Origin: Methylococcales bacterium
Lineage (GTDB): Bacteria; Pseudomonadota; Gammaproteobacteria; JABHGC01
Direction of reading: 5' to 3'
Assembly (NCBI GenBank): GCA_018672285.1
Contig: JABHGC010000225.1
Coordinates: forward strand, 7,153 to 71,152
DNA length: 64,000 nucleotides
Below, piece after piece: positions 52,124-61,343 of the stretch (the first letter of the stretch is position 1; the number at the start of each line of letters is the position of its first letter). The translations under genes were made by a program, and so were the position numbers. The notes under the pieces were generated by a model. The model was not told where the DNA came from and did no database searches. It saw only the letters and a program-made list of their open reading frames with translations.

Positions 52124-52780
52124 TTAGGCTGTTTTGCAATAATATCCAGACAGCACATCCATAGCCCATCTCACCTTTTGAAACACCTCTATATCTCCCC
52201 CTTTATCTGGATGGTGAATATTCGCTAACGCGCGGTATTGAAGTTTAATGTCGGTAAAACTCACCGGTTCCGACAAGGAGAACACAGACAGTGCTTCTTG
52301 TTTATCATCAGAGGCATGAAATTTTGTCCAAAATTTCCCCAACATGTTGTTAATTTCATCTGTTGACGTTTCAAGGTGACTTAAGTCTAAATAATAAGTC
52401 CGCATCGGGTCTGGCGCCGAAATCGCACCTTGCCCTGATCGATAAGGCAATATGCGTATTGATAGCGGGCCTATCTCCAAGTCACCTTGCTCAGCCAGCC
52501 AAAGTTCATCACGAAATTGATAAAGCACATGAAATAAAACGAAATGAACCGTAAACAGAAAATATTGATCCGTCGAAACGCGCCGATCAGGAAAGGTGCC
52601 TTGCTTTTGCAGCTGATCAATTAAATCAAATTCACTGAGAGCGCCATTAGCCTCCGTTAAAATAGATTCAACAGAGGCCTTCAGTGCCTCAGGTATTGTA
52701 GCCAACCTCATATTCACCATTCTTCGTGACTGTAAAGTCACATATAGACCAGCCTTCTTCCCGTTTGGCATGGTACTCAT
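52124..52780 (-). CDS. DnaJ-related protein with a C-terminal J-domain carrying the HPD motif. The start is uncertain; an internal Met at about 52711 would avoid overlap with the upstream ORF.
   Basis: C-terminal ...DIKLQYRALANIHHPDKGGDIEVFQKVRWAMDVL. Confidence 0.6.
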   Translation of the reverse strand: MSTMPNGKKAGLYVTLQSRRMVNMRLATIPEALKASVESILTEANGALSEFDLIDQLQKQGTFPDRRVSTDQYFLFTVHFVLFHVLYQFRDELWLAEQGDLEIGPLSIRILPYRSGQGAISAPDPMRTYYLDLSHLETSTDEINNMLGKFWTKFHASDDKQEALSVFSLSEPVSFTDIKLQYRALANIHHPDKGGDIEVFQKVRWAMDVLSGYYCKTA

Positions 52781-53006
52781 AAATGTCTAAGAAATGATCC
52801 ATCAATTCAATTTCTTTGTCTTCTGACGCTTGATAACTGGTTGTTTGATCTTCAGGCATAAAGCAGGTAATCAACCAGCTTTGCACGATCTCTTCATCCT
52901 CAAAGCCAACTTCCATGTTGATGTGTGTTTTCAACCAACCTTCTGGCGCTGTATCCGCAACCCAGTAAACTAGCTCTTGGTAAATCACTTCCATTGTTTC
53001 ACTCAT
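52689..53006 (-). CDS. Small acidic hypothetical protein, translationally coupled to the upstream kinase gene
   Basis: 105-aa ORF whose ATG overlaps the stop codon of the Ser/Thr kinase gene by 1 nt (TAATG). Confidence 0.45.
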   Translation of the reverse strand: MSETMEVIYQELVYWVADTAPEGWLKTHINMEVGFEDEEIVQSWLITCFMPEDQTTSYQASEDKEIELMDHFLDIYEYHAKREEGWSICDFTVTKNGEYEVGYNT

Positions 53007-55174
53007 TAGATATTCAATCCTTGTAAATCTGCTTGAAGTTCTTGTATTCCTTGGTATCGATCTTGAGGCTTTTTAGCCATTGCCCGCTGCACAATCAAAT
53101 CAATTTCCATGGGCATTTCAGGATATTTTTCACATATTTTAGGCACTGGGTCTTTAAGGTGAGACTGCAGTAATTCCCTTAAATCAATCGACTTAAAGGG
53201 GGTCGTTCCTGCAAAAATCCGATAAAACACAGCCCCCAACTGATAAATATCTGTTCGCTCATCAATTCCTTGGCGCATAATTTGTTCTGGCGCCATATAG
53301 TAAGGTGTACCAATAATTTTCTTGGTTTCTTGCTCATTATCAACTTGTAACGCCAAACCAAAATCCATCACTTTTAAGATGCCTTGGGATGAAATCATCA
53401 TATTCCTAGGGTTAATATCTCGATGAACGATCCCTTGCTCATGTGCAGAAGCAATGGCTGCAGACATCTGTCTGGCTAAAATCACTCCCAAACGAATGTT
53501 ATCAATTCGCCCACCGGAGCGCTGCAACAAGGTGTGCAAGTCATACCCATGTATATATTCCATAGAAATATAAATTTGGTTATTCACGACGCCATAGTCG
53601 TATGTTCTTAACACATTCCTTGCCGTAATCATTCTGGCCAGCTTAATTTCATGCTTAAGCAACGCTTGCTGATTATCATCAACTTGAAACAATACTTTCA
53701 AAGCGACGGTTTCATCTAGACCGGTGTCATGTGCCAAATACACCATTCCCATTCCGCCCGCACCAAGCTCTTTTATAATATTGAAGCGACCCTCAGCAAA
53801 GGGTTGCCCAATCGTGACTTGGTCTGGCTCTACAGCACTTGCTTTTGCAGACAATGGCTGTGATAAATCCTGGGTGACAAAATGACTAGAATCTTCAGAC
53901 TCCACATCGATAACCAAACTACGGTTTAAGCTATCATCACCACTGTAGTTTGTAATTTCAGTGGCAAATTCTTTCGATAAATTTCTTGAGTACTCATCCT
54001 CAAGCAGGCCCTCCGAGATTTTAGCCAGATAATCTTGCAGATCCTCATTATCACGTAATTTTTCACCCAGTAAATAGATTGAATCTGTTAAAACACAGAT
54101 TTCATCTTTACAGGATGTAGATAACTCCGATTCTGCGATTGAATCAATTTGCTTAAAATCCCCCTCTTTGATTCTTGAGGTGAGCTCAATAAGGTGGTTC
54201 ACAGGTTTGGTAATTTGACCTGAGAAAATCCATGCAAAAATACTCGCTAAAATAAGACTAATGAGGCCAATAATAAGAATTTTGTCTTTAATTGTATCAA
54301 ACGGTTTCATAAAGTCGGATTTAGACTTCATCGCCAACACATACCCAAGCGTACTACCACCACTGCGCTCGAGTGGGTAAACAGCAATATGGTATTGTAA
54401 GCCATTTAACTGTAACCGGCTCATACTGCCTTCTTTCAAATTCTGTTTGATACGTGTAAAAATATCACCTTCTTTAGAAATTAATGCTTCAGCAAGGCCA
54501 ATATCGGTCATAAATTGTAGTTTAGGTTTTACCGTACCATCCACTTTTGCCATTGCATAAATTGCGATATCACTGGTGGTCAGTTTTTTAATTCTTGCGG
54601 CCATATCTGAGGAAACCTGAAATGCTACTGCAATAGCACCTCTGATAATATCCCCTGCATTAACGTCTAAATCATAAACAGGTAAAGAGACAATTTGAAA
54701 TATCTTACCTCGAGAAACCATGAAGCCTCTCGCTTCCTTTCCCGTTAATGCCGTGTCTATTAAATGATGACTTCCTTTAATTCTTGAACCGATCAATGAT
54801 TTTTTATCTGTTCTAGACAAAACATAGCCATCTGCATTGACAAACAATAAAATATCAAGCTCTGATGACTCTTTGAGCTCATTAGATAAATCCAACAAAG
54901 AGTCTTTATCTTGCTCAATGACTAAAGGCGTCACTCTTTGGTCCTCAGCAATGGTTTTAGCAATGTTGGATATGCGCTCAAACCGGTTCAACCAGCTTTC
55001 TTCTAGTACCGCCTCAGTTTGTGTTAATGCAAGGTTAATCTCTGAATTCGCGACATCTTCAGCTTGCTCTCCAACTAGCAAAATCAATGCAGCCAATAAA
55101 AACCCAAAACTCAGAGATAGAATTAAAAAAAGCTTTCTCTTGATCGAGACTTGATTAAAAATCTTCAAAGTCAT
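53006..55174 (-). CDS. Transmembrane receptor Ser/Thr protein kinase: periplasmic sensor domain, HAMP, Hanks-type kinase
   Basis: TM1 LFLILSLSFGFLLAALILLV. A periplasmic region of about 250 aa. TM2 ILIIGLISLILASIFAWIFSG. A HAMP-like linker. Kinase motifs GAGGMGMVY, VALKVL, HRDINPRN, MDFGLA and MAPEQ. Confidence 0.8.
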   Translation of the reverse strand: MTLKIFNQVSIKRKLFLILSLSFGFLLAALILLVGEQAEDVANSEINLALTQTEAVLEESWLNRFERISNIAKTIAEDQRVTPLVIEQDKDSLLDLSNELKESSELDILLFVNADGYVLSRTDKKSLIGSRIKGSHHLIDTALTGKEARGFMVSRGKIFQIVSLPVYDLDVNAGDIIRGAIAVAFQVSSDMAARIKKLTTSDIAIYAMAKVDGTVKPKLQFMTDIGLAEALISKEGDIFTRIKQNLKEGSMSRLQLNGLQYHIAVYPLERSGGSTLGYVLAMKSKSDFMKPFDTIKDKILIIGLISLILASIFAWIFSGQITKPVNHLIELTSRIKEGDFKQIDSIAESELSTSCKDEICVLTDSIYLLGEKLRDNEDLQDYLAKISEGLLEDEYSRNLSKEFATEITNYSGDDSLNRSLVIDVESEDSSHFVTQDLSQPLSAKASAVEPDQVTIGQPFAEGRFNIIKELGAGGMGMVYLAHDTGLDETVALKVLFQVDDNQQALLKHEIKLARMITARNVLRTYDYGVVNNQIYISMEYIHGYDLHTLLQRSGGRIDNIRLGVILARQMSAAIASAHEQGIVHRDINPRNMMISSQGILKVMDFGLALQVDNEQETKKIIGTPYYMAPEQIMRQGIDERTDIYQLGAVFYRIFAGTTPFKSIDLRELLQSHLKDPVPKICEKYPEMPMEIDLIVQRAMAKKPQDRYQGIQELQADLQGLNI

Positions 55175-56036
55175 CTTCTTTCTTCACTGCTGGCTGGTTG
55201 TTTTTTTCGACATCAGAACTATCGTCAAATTCTTCGTCCTCGTCGTCTTCTTCTTCATCTTCTTCGTCATCAAAATCGTCAATCATGTCATAGTCATCTT
55301 GCTCATCATCTTCATCAATTTGGTTCTGTATTTTTGACCAATCTTCAGACTTTAAGCTTTTTTGTGGTGCAGCAGGATAAACACCACTTTTTTTCGGCCG
55401 AGTCCGCTTTGTCCATTGAGTACCATCAACCGAAAGGTCAATGACCAAGTTCGAATTTTTGATCAATACTGTTCTCGTGGTCTGACCTCGCACATGCCAC
55501 GCAGTTAAAGTGTACCGGCCAGGTGCTAAATCACTAATATGATAAAAGCCGTCTTTATTGGTGATCATGGAGCGTTCTTTGGCCATAACCCACACATAGG
55601 TAAACATTTTCTTGTGCACGTTACAGTAGATTTTAACCAAACCGGGATTCTTGAAAGCAACCTCGGGGCTCATGCCACGACGAAAACTGCCAAGATCAAA
55701 ACGATTACCTTCAGATGAACTAAAAACATTGTGCTTGATACGATCTTGATTCGGGAAATAGACAGAGTCACCAACCTGTACCACTAGATGTGACGGGGTA
55801 TAGGTCTTATTACGCATTTTAATTTTAAAGGTTTTTGCCGCACGCGCATTCAAATCGATGCTGCTATCTAATGGCTTTAAAGTCACGATAACGTGCTTAG
55901 GGCTAGTCGGTACTTGCCCCTTTCCGAGTACTGTCACCTTACCCTGGACAGAACCTGTCGTAACGGGCTCAGCAGCGGTCGCATGCCCTGTTATAAAGAA
56001 CAAGAGAAAGCAAAAAAACAGCAAGGAATAGTTCAT
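55155..56036 (-). CDS. Secreted cupredoxin-like (type-1 copper) protein with a poly-acidic C-terminal tail
   Basis: Signal peptide MNYSLLFFCFLLFFITGHATA. HNVF and YCNVHKKMF motifs (His...Cys-x2-His-x2-Met) typical of plastocyanin/azurin-type sites. Asp/Glu-rich tail DEDDEQDDYDMIDDFDDEEDEEEDDEDEEFDD. Overlaps the kinase start by 20 nt. Confidence 0.5.
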   Translation of the reverse strand: MNYSLLFFCFLLFFITGHATAAEPVTTGSVQGKVTVLGKGQVPTSPKHVIVTLKPLDSSIDLNARAAKTFKIKMRNKTYTPSHLVVQVGDSVYFPNQDRIKHNVFSSSEGNRFDLGSFRRGMSPEVAFKNPGLVKIYCNVHKKMFTYVWVMAKERSMITNKDGFYHISDLAPGRYTLTAWHVRGQTTRTVLIKNSNLVIDLSVDGTQWTKRTRPKKSGVYPAAPQKSLKSEDWSKIQNQIDEDDEQDDYDMIDDFDDEEDEEEDDEDEEFDDSSDVEKNNQPAVKKEDDFEDF

Positions 56037-56199
56037 AGTTTAATTTCTGTATACAGTGATGCTAATTGTAACAAAAATTCACAGGAACTGTTTTGACGTT
56101 TCCAACATTTTTAAAGAAAACAGCAACATTTTCAGCCTATTTAGCACTAGCAAACGCCCAATGCTGCCATTTAATACAACTACCCGCTAAAGCAACGCC

Positions 56200-56541
56200 T
56201 TAGCGCTGACGCAAAAAAGATTTAGCTTGTTCGTGTCCAGACTCAGCAGCTTTGATAAACCACTTATGAGCTTCACCCTCATCCCTATGTAATCTGGGTC
56301 CACCGAGGTAAAATAAGCCAAGTTCATACCAAACATTTGAACTGGCCTGCTCAACCTTAAGCTCTGTCTCTTCAATACTCTTAGCTAATCTACTGGCCTC
56401 TACGTGGCCAAATTTCGCCGCTTTGCGAAACCATTTTTTGGCTTCTATTAGATCGTGGGCGGTACGCTGCCCTTGATAAAACATCTGACCTAAACGATAC
56501 CATTTCTCTAAATTAACCGATTGCTGATGCATTATTTCCAT
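56200..56541 (-). CDS. Small Sel1-repeat protein
   Basis: Two Sel1 units (WYRLGQMFYQGQRTAHDLIEAKKWFRKAAKFGH; WYELGLFYLGGPRLHRDEGEAHKWFIKAAESGH). Confidence 0.6.
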   Translation of the reverse strand: MEIMHQQSVNLEKWYRLGQMFYQGQRTAHDLIEAKKWFRKAAKFGHVEASRLAKSIEETELKVEQASSNVWYELGLFYLGGPRLHRDEGEAHKWFIKAAESGHEQAKSFLRQR

Positions 56542-56665
56542 TGCAACACTCCATTTGAACTTGAAGAACCGTGCGTTTTCCCTAACTACTTAGTAGAATC
56601 TTACCACATCACACCTTGGAATATACTGGTTTTTTCTAACTATTTAACGCTCAACTCAGTCGCCA

Positions 56666-57457
56666 CTAACATCGGCTTAAATTTGGCCCAGGGTTTTCGG
56701 TTAAACCCAGCGGCTCTCTTAGCAGTAAACGTCGCTTAAATAACTCAAACACCATGAGATAACTTAAGTCTGTTAAGGCACTGTCGTAGCGATGGCCTTC
56801 ATCTCTAGTGAAGGCATGCTGAGCATTCATTTCGTGCCAATTAAAAAGTCGCTCATGCTTGACTAAAGCATCATAAATTTTCTTACGCCCATCTTGCGGA
56901 ACATGAGGGTCTTGCCTTCCCCATACCATCAACAACTCAGCGTTGATATCAGGCATTCTTTGTAGTGAATTATCGTTTTTGTTTTGCCCTAATGTGCTGG
57001 TATGAATATCCGTAGGATATAAACAGACACACGCACTAACACTGGGGTTCATCGCAGCTCTAAAGCTTAAGTGTCCACCTAAACAAATTCCCATCGTTCC
57101 AAGTGCGCCATTGCAATCATCTAACCCTAACAGGTGTGCCAATACTGCTTTAGCATCATCATCAAATGCTTGAATGGGTTTATCTATTTTGTATTGATTG
57201 CCTTTGTCTGTACCTTCGGCGTCATACGCTAATGCAGTTCCTAATGGCTCAAACTCGTGGTAGACCTCTGGTACAGCCACAATGTAGCCCTCGCAAGCTA
57301 TCTTTCGAGCAGCACGAGCAATTGGCCCCGTCATTTGATAGATTTCAGAAAACAACACCACGCCAGGGTAAACCCCTTTTGCAACCGGCTTAAAAAGGTG
57401 TGTCCGCATTAAGCCCGTTGGTGTATTTAAATCCGTATAGTCTTCTGAAATAATCAT
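56666..57457 (-). CDS. Dienelactone hydrolase family protein
   Basis: 263 aa with DLH-family features (...GVVLFSEIYQMTGPIARAARKIACEGYIVAVPEVYHE...GTMGICLGGHLSFRAA...). Confidence 0.65.
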   Translation of the reverse strand: MIISEDYTDLNTPTGLMRTHLFKPVAKGVYPGVVLFSEIYQMTGPIARAARKIACEGYIVAVPEVYHEFEPLGTALAYDAEGTDKGNQYKIDKPIQAFDDDAKAVLAHLLGLDDCNGALGTMGICLGGHLSFRAAMNPSVSACVCLYPTDIHTSTLGQNKNDNSLQRMPDINAELLMVWGRQDPHVPQDGRKKIYDALVKHERLFNWHEMNAQHAFTRDEGHRYDSALTDLSYLMVFELFKRRLLLREPLGLTENPGPNLSRC

Positions 57458-57669
57458 CTACATTCCCTTTGTTATTGGTTTTATTCAACTTAATTCGAGT
57501 GTAATGCTCACACACGGCAAGGTCAATGCGTGATCTGAGCCATAAAATAGAAAGAGATAAATTTCACTTGCCTTTATCAGTATTTGGTTATATTATTGAG
57601 CTAGAGATAATGATAACCCAATAAGGAAATTTAATGAGATAACTTTAACGACAACGTAAGGAGACGATC

Positions 57670-57801
57670 ATGTATGTCGATACTTTCACACTACAAAGCT
57701 TAATGATGATTATCAGTATTGCAGCCATCATTTATTTGTCTAGAGACAAAAAACCTTTCAACCTTAAGGACTTAGCAAAATATGTTGATCAGCACCACTA
57801 A
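57670..57801 (+). CDS. Small hydrophobic protein (43 aa) with a strong ribosome-binding site; not in the supplied ORF track
   Basis: AAGGAG at 57658-57663, 6 nt before the ATG at 57670. Product MYVDTFTLQSLMMIISIAAIIYLSRDKKPFNLKDLAKYVDQHH; TAA at 57799-57801. Confidence 0.45.
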   Translation: MYVDTFTLQSLMMIISIAAIIYLSRDKKPFNLKDLAKYVDQHH

Positions 57802-57810
57802 ACCAAGACG

Positions 57811-58968
57811 CTAGATCTTGTTCACATCAGGATCTAGCGGTAAGGTAAAATAAAACTGACTACCAACCCCAACCGTACTTTCCACACCCACTTCCCCACC
57901 ATGTGCATCAATAATTTTTTTGACGATGGCCAAACCTAAACCCGTACTTGACTCACCACCGGTGGACTGTGTTCCCGCTGTTTGAAATGAATCAAATAAT
58001 GTTTTTTGAGCAGGTTCATCAATCCCAGGTCCCTCATCAACAACGGCCACTTTAGCAAAGCCATTAGCATGACTAATTGCCACTTTAATTTTCGCATTTT
58101 TGGGGCTGAACTTAATGCTATTACTAATTAGGTTATCAATCACCTGACCGACTCGCAAACGGTCAAAAACAAAGGGGGCATTCGATTGCCCCTCCATTAA
58201 TAGAGAGATATGCTTTTGATCGGCTCTGAAGCGATGGTGTTTGATTTTTTCTAACACCAGCATTTCTAAATCTGCTTCATTTTTAGATAGTTTTAAAGTC
58301 CCGTTTTCAATGGCTGACATGTCAACAAGGTCATTGATTAACAGTAATGCTTCATTGGCCACATTAAAAATTTTATTGTGAATCCCCTCCAACTCATCAG
58401 CTTCATACTGAGCATCCAGCAATAGCTCCATATAACCTTTAATCACACCTACGGGGTTGCGTAAGTCATGAGCGACCATGCCTAACAGCTTGTTTTTATC
58501 CTCATTGAGCCTAGCTTGTTCCTGTAACGCATACCTTAGCTGTAAATGGGTTTGAATCCTAATTCTAACTTCACGCTCATTAAAGGGCTTAGTCATATAA
58601 TCTTTGGCGCCAGCATCAAACCCTTTTATGACATCATCGATATCAGACATTGCGGTTAAAAATATAATGGCAACGTCTTTAAATTCAGGTTTTTGCTTCA
58701 GTATTCGACAAACCTCAAAGCCATCAATACCGGGCATCATGATGTCTAATAAGATTAAATCAGGCTTGAAATGCTCTGCAACTTTTATCGCTCGCTCACC
58801 ACTTTGTGCCAGCGCTAGCTGATACCCATCAGGCCTCAGCGCCTCTGTTAACACTCTGATGTTTTCAGCAACATCATCGACCAGTAAAATTTTAAGACCC
58901 GCTGGATTATAAGGTAGATTAGACATCAGATATTTTACCAATGATGTCAATAATCCCATCCATATCAT
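57811..58968 (-). CDS. Response-regulator receiver fused to a histidine kinase (REC-HisKA-HATPase_c). The start is probably the internal Met at about 58926.
   Basis: REC ...ILLVDDVAENIRVL...LILLDIMMPGIDGFEV. H-box MVAHDLRNPVGVIKGY. G-box ...GLGLAIVKKII. Confidence 0.75.
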   Translation of the reverse strand: MIWMGLLTSLVKYLMSNLPYNPAGLKILLVDDVAENIRVLTEALRPDGYQLALAQSGERAIKVAEHFKPDLILLDIMMPGIDGFEVCRILKQKPEFKDVAIIFLTAMSDIDDVIKGFDAGAKDYMTKPFNEREVRIRIQTHLQLRYALQEQARLNEDKNKLLGMVAHDLRNPVGVIKGYMELLLDAQYEADELEGIHNKIFNVANEALLLINDLVDMSAIENGTLKLSKNEADLEMLVLEKIKHHRFRADQKHISLLMEGQSNAPFVFDRLRVGQVIDNLISNSIKFSPKNAKIKVAISHANGFAKVAVVDEGPGIDEPAQKTLFDSFQTAGTQSTGGESSTGLGLAIVKKIIDAHGGEVGVESTVGVGSQFYFTLPLDPDVNKI

Positions 58969-61150
58969 AAGATTTAGCCATGGCAGCCAAATGATCGGCT
59001 AAACCCTGACCACCGTCAAGTTCTGATATTTGCTTAATCACAACATCTAAATCAGTAATCATACAGAATTCTGCCGCCTCATTGATGGCCATCTTAATCG
59101 CAGGGTCTAAGACAATGGTTGACGTGTCAAAACCATTGATACTCGTGACCGGCACGTCACCCAGCAAATCGTCTTCATATTCATACTCAATTTCAAGTAA
59201 CTTTTGCATACTACTGAAGACTTGCTGTGATTTAAACGGCTTGGTAATAATACCATTACACGCTGAGTCGTAAAATTTTTCTCTGTCATGATCAAACGCT
59301 GTGGCAGAGACAATGACCATTTTTATTTTATCACCATAAATATCTCTAATTTGATTCATGGCCTCAATGCCATCCATTTTAGGCATTCGGTAATCCATAA
59401 AAATAATATCGGGTGGTGATTTTTTTGCTTTTTCAATCGCAACCAACCCATTTTCAGCCTCAGTGACGTTCACCCCAATTTTACGTAAAATCAAACTTAA
59501 TAGATCTCTATTCACCTCAACATCATCAACAACTAAGGCATTCACAGAGAATTCGGGCAATAGCTTAACGACCACCTTAAGGTCGTCTTCTTGAATATTA
59601 ATGACCTTATTTTCTGCTTTCGGGAGAGTTATTTCAAAATAAAATTTTGAACCGACACTCAGTCGCGATTCAATTTGTAAACTCCCACCCATCATATCAA
59701 CTTGCTTACTAGAAATGGCTAGCCCTAACCCTGTCCCGCCTTTTTTCACACCTTGATCGCTCTGTTGAAAAGCTTTAAATATTGAATCTTGATGCGACTC
59801 AGCAATGCCCTCACCGGTATCACAGACTTCAAATCGATACCGATCTGTTTTTGCTTGGCGAAAGATATTCAAGGTAATGGCTCCTGAATCCGTAAATTTA
59901 ACGGCGTTACCTAGCAGGTTAATCAACACCTGCCGCACTTTACCTTCGTCACCATACACGTGAATATCATCTACCGAAAAATTATCATTCACAGACCAAG
60001 CCAGCTTTTTCTCTTGGCAGCGCAAGCGGAACATCTCATCCACGTCATGCGTTAACGCTTTCAAATCAAAATCGGCAGAATTCAGCTTTTGTTTACCCGC
60101 TTCAATCTTAGAGATATCTAAAATATCATTGATTAACTGTAATAAATGCTGACCACTACGCTCAATTGTATTGATCGATTCTCGCTGCTCTTTTTCTAGT
60201 GCATGGTCACGTTTTAATATCTGTGCATAACCCAGAATGGCATTCATCGGTGTACGAATCTCATGACTCATATTGGCCAAAAACACTGATTTTGACTGGT
60301 TAGCCATTTCCGCATCTTGTTTGGCAATTAAAAGTGCCTGCTCTGCACTTTTTCTTTCAGAAATTTCATTCCGCATTTGAGAGTTGAGCGCCATCAGCTG
60401 GGATTGGCTTTCTTCTAATTTATCCATTTTAGCGCGTGCTAATTCCTCTGCATCCGTGACAGCGGCTTTTAACTTTTCTTGTTGCTTAGCAACATTATCA
60501 ACCATCTCATTAAAAAACTGAGCCAAATCTCCAAACTCATCCGGACGCGACGCATCAAAGCGGTAGTCTAAGTGCCCATTAGCCACTTGCCTCGTACCAT
60601 CAACTAATGCTTCAAAAGGCTTAGTCACCACCTTATTCATGGTCCAACTTAAAACCAACCCAAATACCAAGCAGACGGCCACCATTGACCATAACCAGCG
60701 TTTTTGTTGCTGCCGAAAGGATTTTCCAACAGGAGGATGGCACAGCTCAATCAAGACAAATTGTATATCCTGCTCTATTCCTGAAGTTGTCACCCGCCGG
60801 GAAACACACACATCTTTTTTGCCTAAATTCCCCCAACTTTGTTTATTTCCTTCATAAATCAGGTGAACAGACGTAAATTGCTTTGTGGTTAATTGCTGCA
60901 AGAATTCAAAAGCAATTGGCGCATCAACCGCTTGCTGTTCTCTGGAAAACTCAGACCATTGATAGGCTATTCGATCAGCATCACTTTCAACCCCGGTTAA
61001 TAACTCTTTCTCACCGTCCCACAACAAAACAGCAGAAATCACCAAACCAATAATCGCGATCCCCCACAGCACCACTGAGGTAATTTTTATCGGAAGCCTA
61101 GCATTCCAGTTCGTTGTCCAGTCGGAGGTTAAAGACTTGTCAATTTCCAT
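58919..61150 (-). CDS. Membrane hybrid sensor histidine kinase (TM, HAMP, coiled coil, HisKA, HATPase_c, receiver)
   Basis: H-box ANMSHEIRTPMNAILGYAQIL. Receiver ALVVDDVEVNRDLL...DIIFMDYRMPKMDGIEA. Confidence 0.8.
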   Translation of the reverse strand: MEIDKSLTSDWTTNWNARLPIKITSVVLWGIAIIGLVISAVLLWDGEKELLTGVESDADRIAYQWSEFSREQQAVDAPIAFEFLQQLTTKQFTSVHLIYEGNKQSWGNLGKKDVCVSRRVTTSGIEQDIQFVLIELCHPPVGKSFRQQQKRWLWSMVAVCLVFGLVLSWTMNKVVTKPFEALVDGTRQVANGHLDYRFDASRPDEFGDLAQFFNEMVDNVAKQQEKLKAAVTDAEELARAKMDKLEESQSQLMALNSQMRNEISERKSAEQALLIAKQDAEMANQSKSVFLANMSHEIRTPMNAILGYAQILKRDHALEKEQRESINTIERSGQHLLQLINDILDISKIEAGKQKLNSADFDLKALTHDVDEMFRLRCQEKKLAWSVNDNFSVDDIHVYGDEGKVRQVLINLLGNAVKFTDSGAITLNIFRQAKTDRYRFEVCDTGEGIAESHQDSIFKAFQQSDQGVKKGGTGLGLAISSKQVDMMGGSLQIESRLSVGSKFYFEITLPKAENKVINIQEDDLKVVVKLLPEFSVNALVVDDVEVNRDLLSLILRKIGVNVTEAENGLVAIEKAKKSPPDIIFMDYRMPKMDGIEAMNQIRDIYGDKIKMVIVSATAFDHDREKFYDSACNGIITKPFKSQQVFSSMQKLLEIEYEYEDDLLGDVPVTSINGFDTSTIVLDPAIKMAINEAAEFCMITDLDVVIKQISELDGGQGLADHLAAMAKSYDMDGIIDIIGKISDV

Positions 61151-61280
61151 AACGCATTATCTTGGTAAGACCCTCATAACATGATTGCGGTTAGATACCG
61201 GTTTTAGGATGTCCTATTCAGTATAGTTGAATGTAACCAATTAACACGTTTTGCAAATTGACATACGAACGCACTACTGC

Positions 61281-61299
61281 AATAATGAGAATCATTCAC
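61281..61299. promoter_or_regulatory. Candidate Fur box upstream of the imelysin operon
   Basis: aataatgagaatcattcac matches the gataatgataatcattatc consensus at about 15 of 18 aligned positions, 45 nt upstream of the ATG at 61344. Confidence 0.5.
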
Positions 61300-61343
61300 A
61301 TATTGAGACCTATTCTCAATTAACCTTTGGAGACCATTGACCC

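Noticed and set aside
55200-55330. GAA/GAC/GAT-rich near-repeat DNA that could be mistaken for a simple tandem repeat or CRISPR-like array
   Set aside because: It encodes the poly-Asp/Glu tail. There is no regular repeat-spacer periodicity.
55151-55444. 97-aa plus-strand ORF rich in His/Arg/Leu
   Set aside because: Antisense translation of the GAA/GAT-rich acidic tail of the cupredoxin gene.
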